Shown here in pieces: positions 43,101-58,943 of a stretch of DNA of 64,000 nt (position 1 is the first letter of the stretch; every line of letters starts with the position of its first letter). The DNA is from Antedon mediterranea (taxonomy: Eukaryota; Animalia; Echinodermata): NCBI RefSeq assembly GCF_964355755.1, contig NC_092674.1:11346001-11410000 (forward strand), in the 5' to 3' direction. Made by a program: the position numbers and the translations under genes. The notes beneath the pieces are model-generated. The model was not told the origin of the DNA and made no database searches. It worked only from the letters and a program-made list of their open reading frames with translations.

Positions 43101-46100
43101 CAATATCAAAATTATTTAAAAAATAAATATTGAGATAATTAAGTAATTTGGTTTTAAAAGAACTAACAGTGCATCATTTTTTTAATATTTTTAAAGAGTT
43201 CATCATAGTAAAAAGTTATAATTCATTGCGGTATGTAATAATCTATGTACACCAAAGTGGTTACTGCATAGTAAATACACGGAGGAATCTTTCTACAACT
43301 TTTATCAGTTGTGGTACCGAGATCGAGTCTCACCTTGGGAAACGAAACGAAATAAGAAGCTTAGAGACATAACAGCTTCCTCAAAATGTGTGCTGTTTCC
43401 AGGATGGCCAACATCTGAGCTCTTAACTTTTCATGCCATTTTTTTTTTGCACTCTAAAGCTCACAATGTCGGTCGGTTGGTCGGTCGGTCGGTAAACACT
43501 ACCTTGAGCACGCGACTGCAGCCATCTACATGGTCTTGTTAATATTGTGTTTGAAACCCAAAATAGATAGTCTGTTTGTGAGAGATGATGGAAGTAGGCC
43601 TCTAAATGGCGGTAAGATTTGGGAGGGTAATATTAAATGGATTGACGTTTAAGATTAGAAATGGTAGGTAAAATAGAAATGTAGGTTTTGGGAGGGAGAG
43701 AATTTATATTTCTATATAAGTAAATAATATCCATAATTTAACATTCTTGACGACCTCATGCATGTGCGAACATTTGAAAATAATTACTATCGAAATAAAA
43801 TGGAAGAAATATAAACAACTAACATTATATTTACTGTATCGACAGCCTGGTTCAAATACTGACCTTTTGAAAGTATAGACGATAATATACAACAATCTAT
43901 ACTGAATAAAAACAATATTTATTATTATGAGGATCTAAATTGCGATACATTGTCAGAAAATCTCCATTATTATACAAATAGATTATTAAGTTATTGATAT
44001 ATGTACACATTTCCATCTCGAAAGAAATATTTCTTACAAAAAACGCAGCTCAACTTTTTGACGTAACAGCTATAATTATTCTTTCTTCATTAAAAAAAAA
44101 TCGATATTCTATTAAATAATTTAAGAAATAATGATTTATTATTTAGTTTACAGTAAATATTCTTTGTAATCTGAAGTCTGAAATAATGCTCTATTTAATA
44201 TTTTTATTTATATTTTATCCGATAATTATCTCATTTTAATAAGAAATGATCAGTGGAAATCCCCTATTCCACATGAACATTAACGGTTAATTATCGATGT
44301 AGTTATCGGTTATATTTTGACTGCGGAAACACGTACAGCCTCTCACGCGTATTGGCGATGAACATATAAAATTAATTACAATAAAAAATGTACAGGTTCA
44401 TGCAGTCTGGTGTTCTATCTGTCAATACAATCTTTCCCATAACAAATTATAATCTCAATGACAATTTGCTCGAGTTTTGCAACAACCCTGCTTGTTGAAC
44501 ACCAATCCACCAGCTTATCTTATTCATAGTAGGCATAGTTGTCTTCTCGTCTCAATGCAAATCCAGAATTTCTGAAACGGATGCTTAAACTTGGGTTAAA
44601 TAGTTTACCATTAATTTTAATTTTCTTAAAATGTATTATAAAAGTATGACTATGTGCCTATTTCTATTTAAAAAAAGTAAGATGAACAGTTAATAACATA
44701 ATGTTGATTTCAGATGTGTCAAAAATTCAACGCAAACCATGGATGCTATATTAAATTAGCAACTCGCCAAAAGATTGTCTAAACGAAAATTTAGGTTGCT
44801 AAATAAAGTAGTATTACGTATTAACCATAGGTATATAAGGAAGATATTCGGATCTTGTGCTTGACAGACTACAGATCTGAACACTCCTAAATAATAAAAC
44901 ACTTTATAATAACTAAAACTAGTTATTTATCTAGTTTATGGGGTCTGTGCATTAGTAAACATTGAACAGATAAATCAGTGATTAAATCGTTTTAGTAAAT
45001 ACAATTTCATAAACGGTTAGATTGTTATAGGGGCAATATATATATAACATTAACAATGTGATTGTAAACAAATTAATAAATGTCAAGTATGCCATACAAT
45101 GATCAGGAATAAGTGGTGTAATAAACCCACTGATGGTTTGTCAAGTCTATTATCAGTATAAAAGTAAACACAAGAAAACATAAATCAAAAAATTATAGAA
45201 AATGTAGTCCGGTATGGCAATTATGATTGTAAAATTTCAATTTTGACTGATAACCAACAACAAATAAAAAGGTCGCAATTTAGTATCTTCCTTAATTTTC
45301 ATGTTTTAAAAACAACGTCCAGACGTATTAGGAAAGCTGTACAACGATTCAAAAAGGTAATTTTTATCAATTATTTCCAATAACTACACAGGTTTATACA
45401 TAATTTTTGCTTTCAAAATAAATTAAAAAACAAGAAAGCAAAAAGATTTTTTATTTTATTAATGCTGTAATTTTAAGAAGGAATTGTGACAAGAATGCTT
45501 TTGGAAATGGATTTTAAATTAATCAATCTATTCAAAAACTAAAGATCTTTTATGCATGTTTTACAAACAATACAACGAGAAACTATTGGAATATTATTAT
45601 TATTTCTATCATAGAGTAATAATAGTAGCCATAGTCAACATTTAGTATATTGATTTTTGTATGTAATTTTTAAAAATAGGTATGCAGACATTTTATAAGA
45701 CATTATTTTTTAAATAAAAAATTTCAATTTTTAATTAGTTAGTGAAATACGAATGAAACAAAACTATCTCACAGAGGGTAATTATATAGTTCATCGAATT
45801 TATCATTGGAGAATGACTATAATCATTTTTGAATTATTTATCTTTATGTTTCTTGTAAACTTTATTCAATCAAACAATCAATCAGTAAACAAACATTGTA
45901 TGTTTGGAAAGGAGCCTAAATAAGTTATAACAACTTTACGCAGGCTCCCAAAAATAAACAAAGTAACAATAGTTGAGCAGAAAGAGACATGATAATACTA
46001 TACTATTACTGTAATAAAAATAAGGTAAAGGAGAAACGCATATTGGACAGACGAAATCTATTCAGACAGATGATATGAAAAGAAACATTTTCAAGGAATA

Positions 46101-49100
46101 AGAAACCAGAAATTATTAAATTAGTTCACTATGTCGGTCGGTCGGTAAACACTAACTTTTATCTTTGTCTTGATATCACTTTCATCTAGCTAAGTCAATT
46201 TTTCACAGTATGTTCCTTATGGCCAGGAAAGGATGTGGTTATGTTTTCACGGTGCGCAATCAAAAATTACGCGGTCTACGCACGATTTAACGAAATCACG
46301 TTTGTAATCGCAATTAAATAAAATTTCAGGGCATAAATCATCATATGGCAATACAATTACGTTCGTAGCGCATGTAACGCATGCGTACGCGCGCTTAAAA
46401 ATTTCAAAATTTATTTTCGATGAAATAAGAGTAGGCCTACGTTTCAGGCCATTTTAAGCGTTCAAAAAATTGCCATGAGTGCGCAGATTTTTGTACGCGC
46501 ATTGCGCGGTAAATGTTATTATGCACTCTTTTTGCCCGATTTCTGTTTACAACCTTTCTTTAATAATATCATCATATTTGATTCACTTTTCAACTCGAAA
46601 TTACGTTATACAAGTGACAGGCTACGCACGTACGTGTGAGTTAACAAAATGGTGAAAATATGTTAAATTTTAAAATTAATATAGATCGTCAGAATGCACC
46701 TAACAGCTATTTTGCATTTCATTTTCTTAAAGTTTATCCTATGTATGATTCATTATGAAATTAAGAGAACAAAAGTTGATTAAGTCATCATTAAATTTAA
46801 AAAAAATAATTTCGGCAATCAAACAAATTATGAAATTTTCATAGGCCGAAATAACAAACATAACATTAACTTTCTTTCTTAAAATGTTCATATAGGCCTA
46901 TTAAATTTAATAGTATATAGTTTATTTATTTATTTTTTCAATTTCTGCCATATACATAACAAAGAAGACAAAACAATTATAAAAGGAGGCACGGAAAGAC
47001 CAAACAGGTGCTAAACACCTATGCTAGTTGGTCAACCCAGAACAGAGAAAAATAAATAAATTACCTTCTACAATAAAAGCATCGACAAGAAAGCGACCAA
47101 CTACACACATTTTCAATATCAAAATTATTTAAAAAATAAATATTGAGATAATTAAGTAATTTGGTTTTAAAAGAACTAACAGTGCATCATTTTTTTAATA
47201 TTTTTAAAGAGTTCATCATAGTAAAAAGTTATAATTCATTGCGGTATGTAATAATCTATGTACACCAAAGTGGTTACTGCATAGTAAATACACGGAGGAA
47301 TCTTTCTACAACTTTTATCAGTTGTGGTACCGAGATCGAGTCTCACCTTGGGAAACGAAACGAAATAAGAAGCTTAGAGACATAACAGCTTCCTCAAAAT
47401 GTGTGCTGTTTCCAGGATGGCCAACATCTGAGCTCTTAACTTTTCATGCCATTTTTTTTTTGCACTCTAAAGCTCACAATGTCGGTCGGTTGGTCGGTCG
47501 GTCGGTAAACACTACCTTGAGCACGCGACTGCAGCCATCTACATGGTCTTGTTAATATTGTGTTTGAAACCCAAAATAGATAGTCTGTTTGTGAGAGATG
47601 ATGGAAGTAGGCCTCTAAATGGCGGTAAGATTTGGGAGGGTAATATTAAATGGATTGACGTTTAAGATTAGAAATGGTAGGTAAAATAGAAATGTAGGTT
47701 TTGGGAGGGAGAGAATTTATATTTCTATATAAGTAAATAATATCCATAATTTAACATTCTTGACGACCTCATGCATGTGCGAACATTTGAAAATAATTAC
47801 TATCGAAATAAAATGGAAGAAATATAAACAACTAACATTATATTTACTGTATCGACAGCCTGGTTCAAATACTGACCTTTTGAAAGTATAGACGATAATA
47901 TACAACAATCTATACTGAATAAAAACAATATTTATTATTATGAGGATCTAAATTGCGATACATTGTCAGAAAATCTCCATTATTATACAAATAGATTATT
48001 AAGTTATTGATATATGTACACATTTCCATCTCGAAAGAAATATTTCTTACAAAAAACGCAGCTCAACTTTTTGACGTAACAGCTATAATTATTCTTTCTT
48101 CATTAAAAAAAAATCGATATTCTATTAAATAATTTAAGAAATAATGATTTATTATTTAGTTTACAGTAAATATTCTTTGTAATCTGAAGTCTGAAATAAT
48201 GCTCTATTTAATATTTTTATTTATATTTTATCCGATAATTATCTCATTTTAATAAGAAATGATCAGTGGAAATCCCCTATTCCACATGAACATTAACGGT
48301 TAATTATCGATGTAGTTATCGGTTATATTTTGACTGCGGAAACACGTACAGCCTCTCACGCGTATTGGCGATGAACATATAAAATTAATTACAATAAAAA
48401 ATGTACAGGTTCATGCAGTCTGGTGTTCTATCTGTCAATACAATCTTTCCCATAACAAATTATAATCTCAATGACAATTTGCTCGAGTTTTGCAACAACC
48501 CTGCTTGTTGAACACCAATCCACCAGCTTATCTTATTCATAGTAGGCATAGTTGTCTTCTCGTCTCAATGCAAATCCAGAATTTCTGAAACGGATGCTTA
48601 AACTTGGGTTAAATAGTTTACCATTAATTTTAATTTTCTTAAAATGTATTATAAAAGTATGACTATGTGCCTATTTCTATTTAAAAAAAGTAAGATGAAC
48701 AGTTAATAACATAATGTTGATTTCAGATGTGTCAAAAATTCAACGCAAACCATGGATGCTATATTAAATTAGCAACTCGCCAAAAGATTGTCTAAACGAA
48801 AATTTAGGTTGCTAAATAAAGTAGTATTACGTATTAACCATAGGTATATAAGGAAGATATTCGGATCTTGTGCTTGACAGACTACAGATCTGAACACTCC
48901 TAAATAATAAAACACTTTATAATAACTAAAACTAGTTATTTATCTAGTTTATGGGGTCTGTGCATTAGTAAACATTGAACAGATAAATCAGTGATTAAAT
49001 CGTTTTAGTAAATACAATTTCATAAACGGTTAGATTGTTATAGGGGCAATATATATATAACATTAACAATGTGATTGTAAACAAATTAATAAATGTCAAG

Positions 49101-52100
49101 TATGCCATACAATGATCAGGAATAAGTGGTGTAATAAACCCACTGATGGTTTGTCAAGTCTATTATCAGTATAAAAGTAAACACAAGAAAACATAAATCA
49201 AAAAATTATAGAAAATGTAGTCCGGTATGGCAATTATGATTGTAAAATTTCAATTTTGACTGATAACCAACAACAAATAAAAAGGTCGCAATTTAGTATC
49301 TTCCTTAATTTTCATGTTTTAAAAACAACGTCCAGACGTATTAGGAAAGCTGTACAACGATTCAAAAAGGTAATTTTTATCAATTATTTCCAATAACTAC
49401 ACAGGTTTATACATAATTTTTGCTTTCAAAATAAATTAAAAAACAAGAAAGCAAAAAGATTTTTTATTTTATTAATGCTGTAATTTTAAGAAGGAATTGT
49501 GACAAGAATGCTTTTGGAAATGGATTTTAAATTAATCAATCTATTCAAAAACTAAAGATCTTTTATGCATGTTTTACAAACAATACAACGAGAAACTATT
49601 GGAATATTATTATTATTTCTATCATAGAGTAATAATAGTAGCCATAGTCAACATTTAGTATATTGATTTTTGTATGTAATTTTTAAAAATAGGTATGCAG
49701 ACATTTTATAAGACATTATTTTTTAAATAAAAAATTTCAATTTTTAATTAGTTAGTGAAATACGAATGAAACAAAACTATCTCACAGAGGGTAATTATAT
49801 AGTTCATCGAATTTATCATTGGAGAATGACTATAATCATTTTTGAATTATTTATCTTTATGTTTCTTGTAAACTTTATTCAATCAAACAATCAATCAGTA
49901 AACAAACATTGTATGTTTGGAAAGGAGCCTAAATAAGTTATAACAACTTTACGCAGGCTCCCAAAAATAAACAAAGTAACAATAGTTGAGCAGAAAGAGA
50001 CATGATAATACTATACTATTACTGTAATAAAAATAAGGTAAAGGAGAAACGCATATTGGACAGACGAAATCTATTCAGACAGATGATATGAAAAGAAACA
50101 TTTTCAAGGAATAAGAAACCAGAAATTATTAAATTAGTTCACTATGTCGGTCGGTCGGTAAACACTAACTTTTATCTTTGTCTTGATATCACTTTCATCT
50201 AGCTAAGTCAATTTTTCACAGTATGTTCCTTATGGCCAGGAAAGGATGTGGTTATGTTTTCACGGTGCGCAATCAAAAATTACGCGGTCTACGCACGATT
50301 TAACGAAATCACGTTTGTAATCGCAATTAAATAAAATTTCAGGGCATAAATCATCATATGGCAATACAATTACGTTCGTAGCGCATGTAACGCATGCGTA
50401 CGCGCGCTTAAAAATTTCAAAATTTATTTTCGATGAAATAAGAGTAGGCCTACGTTTCAGGCCATTTTAAGCGTTCAAAAAATTGCCATGAGTGCGCAGA
50501 TTTTTGTACGCGCATTGCGCGGTAAATGTTATTATGCACTCTTTTTGCCCGATTTCTGTTTACAACCTTTCTTTAATAATATCATCATATTTGATTCACT
50601 TTTCAACTCGAAATTACGTTATACAAGTGACAGGCTACGCACGTACGTGTGAGTTAACAAAATGGTGAAAATATGTTAAATTTTAAAATTAATATAGATC
50701 GTCAGAATGCACCTAACAGCTATTTTGCATTTCATTTTCTTAAAGTTTATCCTATGTATGATTCATTATGAAATTAAGAGAACAAAAGTTGATTAAGTCA
50801 TCATTAAATTTAAAAAAAATAATTTCGGCAATCAAACAAATTATGAAATTTTCATAGGCCGAAATAACAAACATAACATTAACTTTCTTTCTTAAAATGT
50901 TCATATAGGCCTATTAAATTTAATAGTATATAGTTTATTTATTTATTTTTTCAATTTCTGCCATATACATAACAAAGAAGACAAAACAATTATAAAAGGA
51001 GGCACGGAAAGACCAAACAGGTGCTAAACACCTATGCTAGTTGGTCAACCCAGAACAGAGAAAAATAAATAAATTACCTTCTACAATAAAAGCATCGACA
51101 AGAAAGCGACCAACTACACACATTTTCAATATCAAAATTATTTAAAAAATAAATATTGAGATAATTAAGTAATTTGGTTTTAAAAGAACTAACAGTGCAT
51201 CATTTTTTTAATATTTTTAAAGAGTTCATCATAGTAAAAAGTTATAATTCATTGCGGTATGTAATAATCTATGTACACCAAAGTGGTTACTGCATAGTAA
51301 ATACACGGAGGAATCTTTCTACAACTTTTATCAGTTGTGGTACCGAGATCGAGTCTCACCTTGGGAAACGAAACGAAATAAGAAGCTTAGAGACATAACA
51401 GCTTCCTCAAAATGTGTGCTGTTTCCAGGATGGCCAACATCTGAGCTCTTAACTTTTCATGCCATTTTTTTTTTGCACTCTAAAGCTCACAATGTCGGTC
51501 GGTTGGTCGGTCGGTCGGTAAACACTACCTTGAGCACGCGACTGCAGCCATCTACATGGTCTTGTTAATATTGTGTTTGAAACCCAAAATAGATAGTCTG
51601 TTTGTGAGAGATGATGGAAGTAGGCCTCTAAATGGCGGTAAGATTTGGGAGGGTAATATTAAATGGATTGACGTTTAAGATTAGAAATGGTAGGTAAAAT
51701 AGAAATGTAGGTTTTGGGAGGGAGAGAATTTATATTTCTATATAAGTAAATAATATCCATAATTTAACATTCTTGACGACCTCATGCATGTGCGAACATT
51801 TGAAAATAATTACTATCGAAATAAAATGGAAGAAATATAAACAACTAACATTATATTTACTGTATCGACAGCCTGGTTCAAATACTGACCTTTTGAAAGT
51901 ATAGACGATAATATACAACAATCTATACTGAATAAAAACAATATTTATTATTATGAGGATCTAAATTGCGATACATTGTCAGAAAATCTCCATTATTATA
52001 CAAATAGATTATTAAGTTATTGATATATGTACACATTTCCATCTCGAAAGAAATATTTCTTACAAAAAACGCAGCTCAACTTTTTGACGTAACAGCTATA

Positions 52101-54837
52101 ATTATTCTTTCTTCATTAAAAAAAAATCGATATTCTATTAAATAATTTAAGAAATAATGATTTATTATTTAGTTTACAGTAAATATTCTTTGTAATCTGA
52201 AGTCTGAAATAATGCTCTATTTAATATTTTTATTTATATTTTATCCGATAATTATCTCATTTTAATAAGAAATGATCAGTGGAAATCCCCTATTCCACAT
52301 GAACATTAACGGTTAATTATCGATGTAGTTATCGGTTATATTTTGACTGCGGAAACACATACAGCCTCTCACGCGTATTGGCGATGAACATATAAAATTA
52401 ATTACAATAAAAAATGTACAGGTTCATGCAGTCTGGTGTTCTATCTGTCAATACAATCTTTCCCATAACAAATTATAATCTCAATGACAATTTGCTCGAG
52501 TTTTGCAACAACCCTGCTTGTTGAACACCAATCCACCAGCTTATCTTATTCATAGTAGGCATAGTTGTCTTCTCGTCTCAATGCAAATCCAGAATTTCTG
52601 AAACGGATGCTTAAACTTGGGTTAAATAGTTTACCATTAATTTTAATTTTCTTAAAATGTATTATAAAAGTATGGCTATGTGCCTATTTCTATTTAAAAA
52701 AAGTAAGATGAACAGTTAATAACATAATGTTGATTTCAGATGTGTCAAAAATTCAACGCAAACCATGGATGCTATATTACATCAGCAACTCGCCAAAAGA
52801 TTGTCTAAACGAAAATTTAGGTTGCTAAATAAAGTAGTATTACGTATTAACCATAGGTATATAAGGAAGATATTCGGATCTTGTGCTTGACAGACTACAG
52901 ATCTGAACACTCCTAAATAATAAAACACTTTATAATAACTAAAACTAGTTATTTATCTAGTTTATGGGGTCTGTGCATTAGTAAAAATTGAACAGATAAA
53001 TCAGTGATTAAATCGTTTTAGTAAATAAAATTTCATGAACGATTAGATTGTTATAGGGGCAATATATATATAACATTAACAATGTGATTGTAAACAAATT
53101 AATACATGTCAAGTATGCCATACAATGATCAGGAATAAGTGGTGTAATAAACCCACTGATGGTTTGTCAAGTCTATTATCAGTATAAAAGTAAACACAAG
53201 AAAACATAAATCAAGTAATAACAAAATTATAGAAAATGTAGTCCGGTATGGCAATTATGATTGTAAAATTTCAATTTTGACTGATAACCAACAACAAATA
53301 AAAAGGTCGCAATTTAGTATCTTCCTTAATTTTCATGTTTTAAAAACAACGTCCAGACGTGTTAGGAAAGCTGTACAACGATTCAAAAAGGTAATTTTTA
53401 TCAATTATTTCCAATAACTACACAGGTTTATACATAATTTTTGCTTTCAAAATAAATTAAAAAACAAGAAAGCAAAAAGATTTTTTATTTTATTAATGCT
53501 GTAATTTTAAGAAGGAATTGTTGTGACAAGAATGCTTTTGGAAATGGATTTTAAATTAATCAATCTATTCAAAAAGTATAGATCTTTTATGCATGTTTTA
53601 CAAACAATACAATGAGAAACTATTGGAATATTATTATTATTTCTATCATAGAGTAATAATAGTAGCCATAGTCAACATTTAGTATATTGATTTTTGTATG
53701 TAATTTTTAAAAATAGGTATGCAGACATTTTATAAGACATTATTTTTTAAATAAAAAATTTCAATTTTTAATTAGTTAGTGAAATACGAATGAAACAAAA
53801 CTATCTCACAGAGGGTAATTATATAGTTCATAGAATTTATCATTGGAGAATGACTGTAATCATTTTTGAATTATTTATCTTTATGTTTCTTGTAAACTTT
53901 ATTCAATCAATCAATCAATCAATAAACAAACATTTTATGTTTGGAAGGGAGCCTAAATAAGTTGGGCAGGTAGACCCATGATACTACTATACTATTACTA
54001 TAATAAAAATAAGGTAAAGGAGAAACGCACATTAAACAGACGAAATCTATTCAGACAGATGATATGAAAAGAAACATTTTCAAAGAATGAGAAACCAGAA
54101 ATTATTAAATTAGATTAGGAAAACAAGAAGAAAAAAAATAGTCGCCATATAGCCCTACCGGGATCAGGGAATTTTTAATATTGTCTTTGAAACTCAAAAC
54201 AGATAGTGTTTGTGAGAGATGATGGAAGTAGGCCTCTAAATGGCGGTAAGATTTGGGAGGGCATAGGATAGATTGACGTCTAAGATTAGAAATGGTAGGT
54301 AAAATAGCAATGTAGGTTTTGGGAGTGAGAGAATTTATATTCCTATATAAGTAAATAATATCTATAATTTAACATTCTTGACGACCTCATGTGCGAACAT
54401 TTGGAAATAATTACTATCGAAAAAAAATGGAAGAAATATAAACCACTAACATTATATTTACTGTATCGACAGCCTTGTTCAAATACTGACCTTTTTGAAA
54501 GTATAGACGATAATATACAACAATGTAAACTGAATGAAAAGAATATTTATTATTATGAGGATCTAAATTGCGATACATTGTCAGAAAATCGCCATTATTA
54601 TACAAATAGATTATTAAGTTATTGATATATGTACAGATTTCAATCTCGAAAGAAATATTTCTTACAAAAAACGCCGCTCAACTTTTTGACGTAACAACTA
54701 TAATTATTGTTCTTTTTTCATTCTTTTTTTTAAATCGATATTCTATTAAATAATTTAGGAAATAATGATTAATTATTTAGTTTACAGTAAACATTTGTTG
54801 TAAAGTAAAATAGAGTCTGAAATAATGATCTATTTAA
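40200..54837. repeat. Tandem segmental amplification, 4013-bp unit (three near-identical copies plus a diverged shorter fourth)
   Basis: Identical ORF-track entries at 43148/47161/51174; marker tctcaatgacaatttgc at 40441, 44453, 48466 and 52479; the fourth copy diverges and lacks the ~1.4-kb block equivalent to 42111-43540. Confidence 0.98.
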
Positions 54838-57559
54838 TCCCAAAGCAGAACCTATCGGGTATTAAATACTATTTACACCATAGAGGAAGGATTATTCATG
54901 ATAAATACCTACGCTGACTGCCAGACTAACTGCCTACATACATCTCATAGACTATCTTCTCCCAGACGTAATGTAGGGTTTGAGTATGCCCAGTTTGAGT
55001 TTCCAAATACTCATTTTTGAGCCGTAGTAAACAATAAGCTACCGTATGATAACTGTTTCCTAATGATTCCGTTCTCTTGGATATAACTGCCTAAAGGCGC
55101 GGCGCGAAAAACCCACATGTATAACTAAAGATTCTTCCACATACCATTATCGCATCAAATCCCTCAATATTTTCTTATAAGCTGACATTGTTATTGGTAT
55201 CACCAACCGTTCAATGATTTATGCAATATTTAGAAAACAAAAATCACTAAAACAAATTTCAAACAACAGAAACACAATATAAATTGTTAGGCTCCTATAG
55301 GCTACAAATATTAATGAAAATTATTTCCTAAAATATTTTTTATTCAAATAATTGATAAACACGAGCTAATGAAAAAAAAAAGAATCCGTAAAGGTACCGT
55401 ACTACTCCTCCGTGGCTCAATTCAATTCAATAAATATTTATTATCCCAAACTCTAGGGAAATTCATTTGGTAATACAATTTCATAAAAACGTTTAAAAAG
55501 TACACAAAAGACAAGCACAAGCACAACAATCATAATAAAAATCTAAAATATGATTAGAAAAAAAAAACACAAAAAAAACACAGGTTCATATTACACAGCA
55601 TAATTATCTTTTTTAGAGTACCATTGTAGGATCTAACTGCAGAAGGAATAAATGATTTTATTTTATAGCGCTCAATATTTATTTTTTGTCTCATGATCAG
55701 TAATCTGCAGCTACAATGGTATTAAACTAATGCGTAAAAGAGATTGCAATTCATCTAATAATAATTGTCACTCTGGATTTCATATAAAAAATATAGAATT
55801 GACTGTAATAAACAATTCGAGACAATAACCTTTACTATACCCGCAATAGTATAAATTAAAGCAACATAATGTAAAGAAATATAAGATACTTTATTCCATT
55901 TAAAAAAAAAAATTGCACATATATGCCTACAACAAATTAAAATTAATACTAAGGTAGCTACGAATTATAAATAAATAAATTGAAATTACTTTAAAATTTT
56001 GCAAAAATTGAGGCTCAAATTTAACTGAAATCATGAATATACCCAATACTCACAAATTCAAATATAAAAGTAAAAATAGAAGAGCTGGTTGGTCTTATCT
56101 TTTATCTTTCTTTTTTCAGTTTCTAGATTTTAAAATTCTAATTAGGTTTTCCATTTCTTCATTCATGTTTTCCAATTTAAACCATTTTATAGATTCCACC
56201 CTTCCATCTTATTTTCTCTACATGCAATATATTTTTCAATTGTAGGCCTACTTTTAATTTCCTTTGGAGAAAATTAAAGCGGTTAGAATTTATATATCAT
56301 TTGTTTAGCCAATATTAAACGAGCATTTAAAAGTATTTGAAAAGCTGAAAAGTAATACATTGTGTTTATAACTGTTTCAATCACAATCAGGTTCGGAGAC
56401 AAAGTTGTCATAGCGATGATTTATCAACCATTCAGACAGGTAACACCCCAGTGTAAGGAGATGAACTGACCCCCGAACTAACCATTACCCTGTATAAGCA
56501 AACGATAATCAATTCGATGAGGTCACGTTTTCTGGAACAAATTATTTTGAACAGTTGATATATCGGATCATGCTTCAAGTTGTTGAAGTTGTATACATAG
56601 TAGGTCTACTGTGTACAAAATGATACCGTAAAACCTCCAAGGGGGCTTCTTCTCAAAATCAAGCCCACTGAGCTTCTTTTCAATATTATAGAATGGACTT
56701 ATTTTTGAGATAAACTGTATTTGTCAACTAAAAGGAATAAAAATGTGTATGATTATGTTTATCATATCAATATGTTACTGGCCTTATTAACCTTAATTAG
56801 CTTCGCTCGCGTACCATCCTGGTCGTGCCCACAGATGGACGTTCTCGAATACACAGTAATTTCAGCTTAAAAAAACTTGCGATTTCAAATGTACGTATAC
56901 CACAGGACTATAATACGTTGTCGTTTACAGAAACGAATATTAAAATAGACACGATGATTTATGCAGTCAACCAAAATTAGCACCCTGGGAACAAACCCAA
57001 TTTGTGTTTGTATGTAACATTAAGGTTGATGGAAGGTACAAAGACGAACAATTTTTAAATATATTCTTTATCCAATCAGCAACCAAATATATTTTTATGT
57101 TTTATAGGCCTATAGATAATATACCACTAAATACAGTAAAACATTTGCGATTTAATACTTTGTTAAAACTGTCCCTGTCATAGTCGATTGAAATAGTAAA
57201 GTACATAAATGTGACGATACACCGCTACGACGTTTATATTTTTGTAATTATTAATTAATACAAACGTTAAGATGCAACTGTCAGTAATATGGTTTATTTG
57301 TGTATTATGTGTTTATAATCTAACAGTAGGGACTGCCCACACTCACAGTAATACAGTTTATTTGTATATATGTTTATATTATATCTAACAGTACCAACAC
57401 TCACAGAAAGAAATTGGTGATTCAAATTGGGATCAAAAGTGGTTAATACCTATTTATCAGTAGTGGTTAATAGGTATTTACAGTTTGTATAGTATTGCAA
57501 TACTATAAGTTTTAAGTTTATTCTCTAAAGGCCCATACATTTATCTACTTGTGTTAAAC

Positions 57560-57579
57560 CATGAAGGTATACCTCCATG
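57560..57579. mobile_element. 20-bp palindromic P-like footprint with 7-bp TSD
   Basis: gttaaac|CATGAAGGTATACCTCCATG|gttaaac. Confidence 0.8.
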
Positions 57580-58569
57580 GTTAAACCAAATAATTTTGAA
57601 TGATCCATTCATCGAAAATCAATACATTTGTATAAACGTATATTAAATCTAAAATAGTAGTTTTTAATGAAAATCGGCCTGTCTTCAACATTATGATGCT
57701 GTACTCGAACTGTTCAACCGGTTTTCAGCCATTAAAATCTATTATCGTAGCAGGAGATAGGAAAATGCGAAGCATCCTCGTATTATTGTGTACGGGTATT
57801 TTTCAAGATGGACATCCATTAGACAGTGTATACCACGATCGGAAAACACCACTATTTGGGTCAAATCGTTGAACCTAAATTCATTTTAATTGTCAATAAC
57901 TAATTATCTAACTCAATTTAATTAGTAAATAGGGTTACATCACGTGGTTAAAATCAGTACCGAAAGTACGAACCAACTTTATATACCTCTAGAAGTAAGG
58001 CGCGGATTATTGAATTTTGCCCTTACGTAAATGTATATAGGCCTATAGATAAAATGTTACACTTTACTGTTTTCCAAATAGTACTTTGATTACATCTTTT
58101 ATCTTCTTCTTGGCTGCTTCTTTGGGAAAATATGTAACATTGGCAAGGGAAAAATTCCTATTACTGTAGTAGCAATTCACAACATTTACAACATTCATTT
58201 AAAAAAGAAGCCCTTTCTTCAGTAATAACCAAAATTAGTTTATGGGGCCTATACTGTACATTGGTAAACATTGAGCAGATGAATCAGTGATTCAATCGTT
58301 TTAGCAAATACAAGTTCATGAAAGGTTAGATTGTTATAGAGACAATGTCAATGTCAAGTAGGTCATACGATGATCATAAATAAGTGGTGTAATAAACCCG
58401 CTGATGGTTTGTCAAGTCTATTATCAGTATATAGGCCTATAGGTAAACACAACGAACATAAATCAAGTAATAAATACTGGAAAATATAGTCCATATGACA
58501 TCGCTTCAATTTTGACAAAATAACATAACAAATAAAAATAAAAAGGTCGCAGTACAGTTCTTTGCCTAT

Positions 58570-58608
<39 letters not shown>

Positions 58609-58681
58609 CAAAGAGCTGCATAGGCAGGATATAGAAAAAAATCAAGATCAAATAAGTTAAAACTGCCTCAATATAGATTTA

Positions 58682-58724
58682 TTTTAACGACATGTTTCGG
58701 GCATAGCCCATCATCAGGTGAAAA
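58682..58724 (-). ncRNA. Minimal type I hammerhead ribozyme in the Penelope 3' pLTR region
   Basis: Minus strand TTTTCAC-CTGATGA-T-GGGC TAT GCCC-GAAA-CATG-TC-GTTAAAA: full core, stem II, palindromic ACATGT stem III, GUC cleavage triplet, 6/7-bp stem I. Confidence 0.85.
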
Positions 58725-58943
58725 GAATTGTAACAAAGGATAACATATAAGTCACAAAATTACATAATAAAACAAATCAACCAATCAAAGATGTTAACAA
58801 ACAAAAGGCATAGTTATAAAGGCACGCCTCCAAAAGCTATGGTGTACAAAGCAGGAATGGTTGCTTATAAAGCAGGAAATTTAAAACAAAGACAAAACCT
58901 TCAAGTGTAAATAATTGTTAATATGTGAATGTCTCTGGCAAAA

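Noticed and set aside
43148-43895. Short ORFs repeated three times
   Set aside because: Arise from the 4013-bp duplication and LINE scraps; no recognisable protein
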